A DNA stretch of 32,000 bases from the sequence record ON005621.1, one strand, 5' to 3'. A program made the position numbers and the translations under genes. Source of the DNA: Stenotrophomonas phage A1432. Shown here one piece after another: positions 1 to 7,187 of the stretch. The notes under the pieces were generated by a model, which had not been told where the DNA came from, searched no databases, and saw only the letters and a program-made list of their open reading frames with translations. Position 1 is the stretch's first letter. The number at the start of each line of letters is the position of its first letter.

Positions 1-2
1 TG

Positions 3-332
3 GTTAAGGAGGGGACACCGGCCACGCGCACCCTGATCCAAGAGGCAATTCCGGCCCGGCGTGAACTGGTACGTGAAGCTCAGCCAGCCCGTCGTGAGTT
101 CATACATGCCGCCATTCCGGCCGGACGCGTCGTGACAAAGGAAGCGGTTGAGGCTGGACGCGAGCTGGTCCAGGCTGCCGTCGAAGCGGGTGACCGCTAT
201 AGCTTCCGCGTCTCGGAGCTCCAGGCCTGGATCCTGGCAGCCATGGCGCGTCGCGATCGCCGTGTGCGTGAGCAGGTTGAGGCGCGCATGACCGCGCTGG
301 AAGCACGCCTGGCGGCCCTCGAAGCGAAGTGA
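3..332 (+). CDS. 5'-truncated ORF; C-terminus of a charged, Ala/Arg/Glu-rich helical protein of unknown function
   Basis: Frame is open from the window edge to TGA at 330-332 (VKEGTPATRTLIQEAIPARRELVREAQPARREF...LEARLAALEAK). The ORF track lists only the part from 132. Confidence 0.5.
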   Translation, partial: VKEGTPATRTLIQEAIPARRELVREAQPARREFIHAAIPAGRVVTKEAVEAGRELVQAAVEAGDRYSFRVSELQAWILAAMARRDRRVREQVEARMTALEARLAALEAK

Positions 333-500
333 TGGTGTTCAGTCCACAACCTGGACGGCATCATTTCCCACATCCTCCGACACGCTGACCGATGAGACAG
401 CGCTAGGCTAGAGATGCCCACATAGCATCACCCACGATCTAGCGGTCCAGGGGTGACGCAACGGTCGGCTATCTACGCAGTAGGATCAACCTCTCATCAC

Positions 501-532
501 GCTTTCCCCGGAGGTCCACCCGAGGGGAAAGC
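501..532 (+). other. Perfect 9-bp hairpin (GCTTTCCCC / GGGGAAAGC) just upstream of the tRNA
   Basis: Arms 501-509 and 524-532, 14-nt loop, 5 nt before the tRNA 5' end; no T-tract. Confidence 0.6.
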
Positions 533-537
533 ACCAT

Positions 538-613
538 TGTGGAGTAGCTCAGTTGGTAGAGCAGAGGCCCGATAAGCCTTTGGTCCCTGGTTCGAGTCCA
601 GGCTCCACAACCA
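538..613 (+). tRNA. tRNA-Ile(GAT) with encoded CCA; anticodon loop CCGATAA has C at position 33
   Basis: Full cloverleaf: acceptor TGTGGAG/CTCCACA, D stem GCTC/GAGC, anticodon stem GAGGC/GCCTT with 7-nt loop, T arm CCTGG-TTCGAGT-CCAGG, discriminator A, CCA at 611-613. Confidence 0.9.
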
Positions 614-1202
614 ATGACAGTACAAGCAAGCGCCCTTATGATGTCCTATGAGTGCGCACTCTAGTCTCCAGTGATGCTAAAAGGGCACGGCCTCTCCCCA
701 GGCACGACCAACTAGCTGGACCGGACCCTAGGGCGCTTCCTTGTGCTGTCATAGCTCGGCCCCAGGCTCGATCATCCCTAACCACTCTCAAGCCAGGGTG
801 GTGCGGACTGCGACCTGGATGCGGCACGGCCTCCTAACAGCGGGGTCGGGTCTGGGTCCGAGCTATGACTGTACAACGGCAGGTGCTTTGGATAGGCTCA
901 GCGGGACCACTATCATCACAGACGTGGAGCAAACTGTTGTCCAACCCGGCGGGGAACGCGCCGATCCCAAAGTGCCTGCCGTTATACAGTCCATCGGAGT
1001 CGAGAGGTAGCCCGCTAGCCCCGAGGCTACTGGCAACGACCCAAGTCCTGGAGCTTGGGAGTTATATTTCGGGGGATGAGAAAATGCCAGCCCCTCGATT
1101 CCGGCCACGTGCGTCCGCTTCCCTGTCTATCAGGCATCCCGTCCGCCCCGGGACAGCCTGGCGCATAGATCAGGACTTGCCCTGAGTAGCAGGGAAGCGG
1201 GC
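614..1202 (+). ncRNA. Candidate large highly structured non-coding RNA directly abutting the tRNA
   Basis: Consecutive long helices: 614-636/730-752 (22 of 23 pairs), 753-773/844-864 (20 of 21), 865-896/961-994 (about 30 pairs with small defects), 995-1004/1094-1103 (10 of 10), and a three-way junction closed by 1113-1125/1190-1202 (13 of 13). The only ORFs here are small and overlapping with no recognisable product. Seven positions are G.U if transcribed from the + strand. Confidence 0.75.
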
Positions 1203-1238
1203 AAACCTTGCATCCCCGCCCTTCAAGCGTTGCCTTAG

Positions 1239-1262
1239 AACCCAGCTCCGGCTGGGTTTCTT
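1239..1262 (+). terminator. Rho-independent terminator, candidate 3' end of the tRNA/ncRNA transcript
   Basis: AACCCAGC-TCCG-GCTGGGTT followed by TCTTCGTTTT. Confidence 0.75.
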
Positions 1263-1329
1263 CGTTTTGATGGCATGCGTCCCAGGATGGGCTCGATACA
1301 CTGAGCGCCCATCAACAAAGGACCCGTCC

Positions 1330-1734
1330 ATGAAGATCTTCGATCCCACCAACATTGCTCCCTGGGAACCTCTGCCGGTCGAGGACATTCTCGAGCTGGT
1401 GGATACCTGCAATGCCCAGCGCGCTCGCATGAACCCGCCGCGTCTGCCGATGGATGACGCGCATATCACCCGCTTCCGGAAGCACATTGCTCGCGAGCGG
1501 GCCGACATGGCATGGATGAATGCTAACACCCCCATGGGTACGGTCTTCGACTTCCTGGGCGTATCCCACATGGTCATCTCGATGCCCTTCATGGAGCGCA
1601 CGCCGAACCGCCTGAGCCATTTCTATGAAGTGAAGGTCGCCCGACCCAATGGCGCTGGCGGCATCGAGATGACCCGCTTCACCTGCCGCGACTTGAGGGC
1701 CATCCTCGAGCCTGGCTTTGTGCTGGCGGCATGA
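1330..1734 (+). CDS. Hypothetical protein (134 aa)
   Basis: MKIFDPTNIAPWEPLPVEDILELVDTC...; ATG 1330 preceded by AAAGGA; ATGA overlap with the next ORF. Confidence 0.75.
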   Translation: MKIFDPTNIAPWEPLPVEDILELVDTCNAQRARMNPPRLPMDDAHITRFRKHIARERADMAWMNANTPMGTVFDFLGVSHMVISMPFMERTPNRLSHFYEVKVARPNGAGGIEMTRFTCRDLRAILEPGFVLAA

Positions 1735-2159
1735 GGGCCAAGGCAACCCCGACCAGGAGGCCAGTTCGCGCCTGGTTGGAGGCTAACCCCGGCTGGCACT
1801 CCGTCTCCTACATCTCTACCCAGGTCCGGCTTGACCCGGATGCCGTCACAGACGCCCTGTGCAAGCTCCGGCGGGCTGGCGAGGTGGCTTCCAAGCCTAA
1901 TGGTGTCCGGCGGCTGTACAGCCTCGTTCAGGGAGCTCCAGACCAGTCCCGGCGAGTGGGCAAAGACATGGAAGCCAAGAAGGCGAGGGACAAGGCCTAT
2001 TTCAAGGCCAAGGCAGCCGAGCTGAGGGCTGAGCGTCTCGCCCGCATGGAAGCCGAGCCTTCTCCCCCGTCAGAGCCTGAGCAGCCGCGGGCTGAGACCG
2101 TGGCCGAGTTCAAGGCCCGCGGCGGGCAGGTGGAAACCCTCCCGGTACACTGGCGCTGA
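1731..2159 (+). CDS. Hypothetical protein, possible N-terminal winged-helix/HTH-like region and charged C-terminus
   Basis: MRAKATPTRRPVRAWLEANPGWHSVSYISTQVRLDPDAVTDALCKLRRAGEVASKPNGVRRLYSL...; translationally coupled to the previous ORF. Confidence 0.7.
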   Translation: MRAKATPTRRPVRAWLEANPGWHSVSYISTQVRLDPDAVTDALCKLRRAGEVASKPNGVRRLYSLVQGAPDQSRRVGKDMEAKKARDKAYFKAKAAELRAERLARMEAEPSPPSEPEQPRAETVAEFKARGGQVETLPVHWR

Positions 2160-2249
2160 ACGACGGCACGCGAAAGCAGCCTCCTGGAGCATGATTGCCT
2201 CGTCGAGTCTGGACAACTCGGCCATGGTGTTCCACTGGTTGGTAGGGTG

Positions 2250-2287
2250 AAAGCCCCGACTCTGTAAAGGGTCGGGGCTTTCTTATT
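2250..2287 (+). terminator. Rho-independent terminator
   Basis: AAAGCCCCGAC-TCTGTAAAGG-GTCGGGGCTTT followed by CTTATTT. Confidence 0.85.
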
Positions 2288-2532
2288 TGCTCGGCTCGCA
2301 CAGTACGTCCAGGACGAGGCACAGCGCTCTACCAGGCGCACCGGACAGTCCAGGGAGCCTACCGGCTACCGAGTCGCCTCGGAACACGATTCGGAAGCCC
2401 TGGCGCGCCTGAGATACAGGCCAGCGCCCAGTCAAACAACGGCGTAATGCGTCGGGAGGCAGCGGCATACTGCTCTCGTCGCCTTCCTATTGTCCGGGCC
2501 TAGCGACACCCGGTGTCTAGAGGATCCACTTC

Positions 2533-4167
2533 ATGTCCCAGCAAGTCTCGGGGTCGTTGACCCATACCCGCGCTCTCCTGCTCCAGCAGAACCGACACCC
2601 GGCCATCGCCAAGGGTTTCCCGGCGTTCGCGGCCAGTCTCCACCAGACCATGCTTGATGCCCAGCTGGGTGTCCTGCCGGTCTTCCAGGTCGACCCCGGC
2701 CTGACCATTGACCTGTTTGAGTTCTACCTCATGCAGTTCGATCCGGCGGATCGCCAGTACCACAACTGCGACTGCTGTCGCGCCTTCATCAACAAGTACG
2801 GCAGCCTGGTCACCCTCGATGCTGACGGCAACGCCAAGTCGGTCCTGTGGAATGAAGCCCACCTCGGCTCCCGTGCGCGCTACCGCAAGGTCCTCTCAGT
2901 CCTGCGCCGGGTCGTTGAGCGCGGCAAGGTAGTCAAGCAGTTCCTGTGGGACGGCAAGGGAGACTGGGGCCAGCGCGCAACCAACGGCTGGGACCACCTC
3001 TGGGCCAAGCCGACGCACCTCGCCTCGCCAAACGTCGACCGTGCTGAGCCCACGATGGCCAAGCAGATGCAGAACCGCATCCACTTGGCCCAGGCGCTGG
3101 CCGACTTCAGCGCCTTCGAGCTGGAGCGCGCCATCGGCCTGGTGACGTCGGGCGGCTGGAGCGGGACGGACCGCATGCTGCCCTGGTTGGAGTTCCTGAA
3201 GGAAGCCAAGTCCATCAGCTCGGCCCGTGGCGAGTCCTACAACCGCCGCTTGTGGTACCGTGTTGCCAAGGCTCCGGCGGGCTGGTGTACTCCGCGTTCC
3301 TCCATCGTCGGCGCCCTGATCGATGACATGCGGGCGGAGCTGTCGACCGAAGGCCTCCGCCATGCCCACAACAAGCGCATGGACCCGCTGAAGTACCAGC
3401 GACCGGAGACTGTCTCGGCAGGCAACATTGCCCGCGCTGAGCAGATCTTCCAGGAGCGTGGGCTGGCGAAGTCCCTGGAACGCCGTCCTGCACTCCTGAA
3501 TGAAGTGCCGCTCGACTGGCAGCCGAAGCCCGGCCGTGCTCCCCAGCCGGCAGGCATCTTCAGCCACCTGGCGGCACACGAGCGTACCAGCACGGAGCGA
3601 TCCCTCCTGAATGTCTACCCGACCAAGGTGACCTATGCACGGTTCCTCCGTGACGTGTTGCCGCGGGCCCTGGACATCGAGGCGATCGTTCCCCACCAGG
3701 GCAACTTCGTCGGGCTGACCACGGCGGTCCATGAGGACGCTCCGCCGATCCTGCAGTGGGACTCCCTGGAGAAGCGCAACCCGTTTGCCTGGTACGTGTA
3801 CCACAACGGCTCGCCAGCCTCCAACTGGGGCCTCAAGAGCGGTCGCGTCAAGGTGGTGGGCATCACCAAGCAGCCCTCCCAGTGGAACGGCGGGTTTGAG
3901 CAGCATGGCTCGTCGTTCATCTTCCTCCTGGAAGGCGCCGCGGACCAGCGTGATGCCTCGCTGGCCCTCTTCCCGGAGTGCTTGCGTTCCGAGCTCCACG
4001 AAGTGCGCTCCACCATCGAGGCCTTCTCCCGTACCGGCAGGCTCCAGCGCATGCACCGTAGTCTGCAGCTTGCTGCCGGCCTGCGTGTGACGGATACCAA
4101 CGGCATCGAGCTGCTGGTCCGTACGGTAGCAGGCATCACGCGCTACGTGATCGATCGCCTGGACTGA
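2533..4167 (+). CDS. Unknown 544-aa phage protein with a Cys/His cluster (YHNCDCCRAFINKYG)
   Basis: Long ORF in the forward gene order; no family recognised. Confidence 0.85.
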   Translation: MSQQVSGSLTHTRALLLQQNRHPAIAKGFPAFAASLHQTMLDAQLGVLPVFQVDPGLTIDLFEFYLMQFDPADRQYHNCDCCRAFINKYGSLVTLDADGNAKSVLWNEAHLGSRARYRKVLSVLRRVVERGKVVKQFLWDGKGDWGQRATNGWDHLWAKPTHLASPNVDRAEPTMAKQMQNRIHLAQALADFSAFELERAIGLVTSGGWSGTDRMLPWLEFLKEAKSISSARGESYNRRLWYRVAKAPAGWCTPRSSIVGALIDDMRAELSTEGLRHAHNKRMDPLKYQRPETVSAGNIARAEQIFQERGLAKSLERRPALLNEVPLDWQPKPGRAPQPAGIFSHLAAHERTSTERSLLNVYPTKVTYARFLRDVLPRALDIEAIVPHQGNFVGLTTAVHEDAPPILQWDSLEKRNPFAWYVYHNGSPASNWGLKSGRVKVVGITKQPSQWNGGFEQHGSSFIFLLEGAADQRDASLALFPECLRSELHEVRSTIEAFSRTGRLQRMHRSLQLAAGLRVTDTNGIELLVRTVAGITRYVIDRLD

Positions 4168-4185
4168 TGGTTTAGTCCACCCACC

Positions 4186-4220
4186 AAGGGAGGCACCATA
4201 ACGGTGTCTCCCTTCTTTCT
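4186..4220 (+). terminator. Rho-independent terminator
   Basis: AAGGGAGGCACC-ATAAC-GGTGTCTCCCTT (12-bp stem with one G.U) followed by CTTTCT. Confidence 0.75.
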
Positions 4221-4237
4221 AACCCAAGGAACTGCCC

Positions 4238-4675
4238 ATGAACTTCGGTCCTCCCAATTTCTGGCTCATGTTCGCCATCATCGCCCTGGCTTTCGGCCTC
4301 GGCTGGCTCGCCAAGGTCCTGTCCAAGGACCCCAATCCCCATCTGTCTGGCGTCGAGTACGTGCTCGGCCAGCTTTTCCTCTATCGCGACCTGCCGGGCG
4401 TGTTCGATCGCCTGGAAGCCGAGGCGGAAGAGGGCTTTGACACCAACAAGCATGCCAAGCTGTTCAACGAGGGCATGCGTGACGGCCTGGCGTTCTACCA
4501 CCGCATGGAGGACTCCGGCATCCTCGCCTTGGAGGACCTGCAGACCAGGCTCAACCACATGGTGAACACTGGCGAGTGCTCCTTGACGGAAGTCAGCATT
4601 CCCCTCGACGTCATCGACAGTCTCATCGGCGTCGGATACCCCACCTCCCAGCCACGCCAGGAGCAAACCCCGTAA
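4238..4675 (+). CDS. Hypothetical protein with N-terminal transmembrane segment
   Basis: MNFGPPNFWLMFAIIALAFGLGWLAKVLSKD...; RBS AAGGA; stop overlaps the next start. Confidence 0.8.
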   Translation: MNFGPPNFWLMFAIIALAFGLGWLAKVLSKDPNPHLSGVEYVLGQLFLYRDLPGVFDRLEAEAEEGFDTNKHAKLFNEGMRDGLAFYHRMEDSGILALEDLQTRLNHMVNTGECSLTEVSIPLDVIDSLIGVGYPTSQPRQEQTP

Positions 4676-5622
4676 TGGACAACCAAGTATACGACACCAC
4701 CGTCGCCCAGCCCCTGTTCCGACCAATGCTGGCCGCAACCGTCAAAGACGTCAACGACCTGCGCTTCCCGTTGTGGGCATCTCCCAAGCTGGACGGCCTG
4801 CGCGGCACCGGCCACGCCGCTGCGGTGTTCAGCCGGAGCATGAAGCTGCTGCCCAACCGCTTCCTGCAGGAGTATTACGCCTGTGGCGACTTCAACGGCC
4901 TGGACGCTGAGATTATGGTGGGCGATCCGCGTGACAAGGAGGCCTTCCGCGCGGCTATGAGTGGGCTGACCACCCGCGCAGGCCAGCCAGACTTCTCCAT
5001 CCATGTCTTCGACGACTTCATCCACCCGGGTGCAGGCTTCAGCGTGCGTAACGACATGGCCAAGGCGCGTGTGGCGCTTCACCAGGAGCAGAACAGTGAT
5101 AGCCGGCTGGTCTACGTGCCCCAGTTCGTCATCACTGACCTGGAAGACCTGGGTGCCTGTGAGCGGGACTGCTTGGAGATGGGCTATGAGGGCGTCATGC
5201 TCCGCCATCCCGGCGCGCCCTACAAGTTCGGCCGCGGCACCATGTCGATGCAGGACCTGCTCAAGCTCAAGCAGTTCGAGGATGGCGAGGCTGTCATCAT
5301 CGGCTTCGAGGAGCTCATGCGGAACGACAACGAGGCGGTGACCAACGAGCTTGGTCTCACCTCCAGGTCTACCGCCCAGAGTGGCAAGTATGGCGGCGGA
5401 ACCCTGGGTGCCCTGCGCGTGCGTGCCATCAACGGCCCGTTCACTGGTGTCGAGTTCTCCATCGGCTCAGGCTTCACCGCGGACCAGCGCTTGCACATCT
5501 GGCTCCACCGTGAGCTGTTCCTGGGCAAGATCGTCACCTACAAGTGGTTCAAGATCGGCAGCATCAACGCCCCGCGCTTCCCAGTCTACAAGGGTATACG
5601 CCATCCAGTTGATATGGGCTGA
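4675..5622 (+). CDS. ATP-dependent DNA ligase
   Basis: Nucleotidyltransferase motifs: SPKLDGLRG (KxDGxR), IHVFDDF, YEGVMLRH, LLKLKQF, then an OB-like C-terminal part. ATG 4675 overlaps the upstream TAA; the track's 4576 start includes upstream sequence. Confidence 0.93.
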   Translation: MDNQVYDTTVAQPLFRPMLAATVKDVNDLRFPLWASPKLDGLRGTGHAAAVFSRSMKLLPNRFLQEYYACGDFNGLDAEIMVGDPRDKEAFRAAMSGLTTRAGQPDFSIHVFDDFIHPGAGFSVRNDMAKARVALHQEQNSDSRLVYVPQFVITDLEDLGACERDCLEMGYEGVMLRHPGAPYKFGRGTMSMQDLLKLKQFEDGEAVIIGFEELMRNDNEAVTNELGLTSRSTAQSGKYGGGTLGALRVRAINGPFTGVEFSIGSGFTADQRLHIWLHRELFLGKIVTYKWFKIGSINAPRFPVYKGIRHPVDMG

Positions 5623-5629
5623 CCAGGCC

Positions 5630-5660
5630 GGAGGCTGTTGGTAGACAACCAGCAGCCTCC
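5630..5660 (+). other. 13-bp hairpin between ligase and portal genes, without a T-tract
   Basis: GGAGGCTGTTGGT-AGACA-ACCAGCAGCCTCC, one G.U pair. Confidence 0.6.
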
Positions 5661-5708
5661 TGGCGTACCATCGCGAGCATCCGCTCATTGAGCACACGGA
5701 GCCCGGCG

Positions 5709-7187
5709 ATGGCCGACAGCAAGAAGCCGACGGTAGCATCCCCGTCCGGTGCGTACAAGCGCATGCTGCCCAAGTGGCAGATGATCGACGCCCTGCTGGG
5801 CGGCACCGAGACCATGCGCGAGGCGGGCAAAACCTACCTGCCCCAGTACGTCAACGAGTCCAACAAGAACTACGAGAACCGCCTGGCGTCGTCCGTGCTG
5901 CTCAACATGACCGAGCAGACGCTGGACACCCTGGCAGGCAAGCCGTTCCGTGAGGAGGTCGTCCTGGGCGAGGACACCCCTGACCTCTTCGTGGAGCAGG
6001 CGGAAGACATCGACATGCAGGGCAGCAACCTGCAGGCCTTCTGCCGCAACTGGTTCCGTGAAGGCTGGGCCAAGGGCTTCGCCCACGTCCTGGTGGAGCA
6101 CCCGGAGCCCGAGCAGAAGCTCGATGAGAAGGGCCAGCCGATGCCCCGCACGCTGGCCGATGACCGCGAGGAAGGCCTGCGCCCCTACTGGGTGCACATC
6201 AAGCCCGAGTGCGTGATTGCCGCCTATGCCGATACAGTCAACGGCAAGGAGGTCCTGACCCACGTCCGTATCCTGGAGACCACCGTCGAGCGTGATGGCT
6301 GGGAAGAGCGCGCCGTCGAGCGGGTACGTGTGCTGGAGCCGGGCCTGTGGGAAATCTGGGCGCCGGATGCCAAGGGCGATGACTGGCACATCGAATCCAG
6401 CGGTACGACCTCCCTGGACTACATCCCGTTGGTCACCTTCTACGCCGGCAAGAAGCTCGGTCTGATGGAAGCCAAGCCCCCGCTGATCGACCTGGCCTAT
6501 CTGAACGTCGAGCACTGGCAGTCCAAGAGCAACCAGCGCAATGTACTCACTGTGGCACGCTTCCCCATCCTGGCAGCTTCCGGCGTGCCGGCTGACCAGG
6601 AAGTCACGATCGGTCCCAACAGTTTCCTGACGACCGACGACAAGGACGGCAAGTGGTACTACGTCGAGCACACGGGTGCGGCCATCTCGGCAGGGCAGAC
6701 TGACCTGGACTCCCTGGAGGACCAGATGGCCTCCTACGGTGCCGAGTACCTCCGCAAGCGTCCGGGTGACGAGACGGCGACCGGGCGAGCCCTGGATTCG
6801 GCTGAGAGCTCATCCTACCTGGCGGCCACGGTGCGGGCCTTCCAGGATACTGTCGAACAGGCCATGCGCATCACCGCCGACTGGACCAAGGCTGAGGAAG
6901 CCGGTTCGGTGAAGATCAACTCCGACGTCGATATGACGGAGGCGGATGCCACCCACCTGGACACCCTGAACAAGGCACGCGCCGGCCGGGACATCTCCCG
7001 CCCTGCCTACCTCAAGGAGCTCCAGAACCGCGGCATCCTGTCGGAGGACTTCGACGTACTGGAAGACGCGGAAATCCTGGCAGAAGAGAGCAAGGACAGC
7101 CTGGGCGACATGTTCGCCAGCGGGCAGGGCACTGGCGTCGTCCCTCCCACTCCGGCGCCGACGGATCCCACCCAGGTTATTGAATAA
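5709..7187 (+). CDS. Phage portal protein (DUF4055-type)
   Basis: MADSKKPTVASPSGAYKRMLPKWQMIDALLGGTETMREAGKTYLPQ...NRLASSVLLNMTEQTLDTLAGKPF. ATG 5709 has a GGAG upstream; the track uses TTG 5688. Confidence 0.88.
   Translation: MADSKKPTVASPSGAYKRMLPKWQMIDALLGGTETMREAGKTYLPQYVNESNKNYENRLASSVLLNMTEQTLDTLAGKPFREEVVLGEDTPDLFVEQAEDIDMQGSNLQAFCRNWFREGWAKGFAHVLVEHPEPEQKLDEKGQPMPRTLADDREEGLRPYWVHIKPECVIAAYADTVNGKEVLTHVRILETTVERDGWEERAVERVRVLEPGLWEIWAPDAKGDDWHIESSGTTSLDYIPLVTFYAGKKLGLMEAKPPLIDLAYLNVEHWQSKSNQRNVLTVARFPILAASGVPADQEVTIGPNSFLTTDDKDGKWYYVEHTGAAISAGQTDLDSLEDQMASYGAEYLRKRPGDETATGRALDSAESSSYLAATVRAFQDTVEQAMRITADWTKAEEAGSVKINSDVDMTEADATHLDTLNKARAGRDISRPAYLKELQNRGILSEDFDVLEDAEILAEESKDSLGDMFASGQGTGVVPPTPAPTDPTQVIE

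Noticed and set aside
614-991. CRISPR array or DNA-level operator array as explanation of the repeats
   Set aside because: Repeats alternate in orientation with long imperfect complementarity and differing loops, not direct repeats with unique equal-length spacers.
741-1185. Small + strand ORFs (89 and 106 aa) in the 614-1202 region
   Set aside because: No RBS, no recognisable domain, mutually overlapping, and they cross the long complementary arms; the RNA interpretation explains the region better.
2896-4056. Long - strand ORF (386 aa)
   Set aside because: Lies wholly opposite the 544-aa + strand ORF; Arg/Val/Gly-rich shadow ORF expected in high-GC DNA, with no RBS or gene context.
5685-6671. 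Long - strand ORF (328 aa) opposite the portal gene
   Set aside because: Shadow of a confidently identified portal gene.
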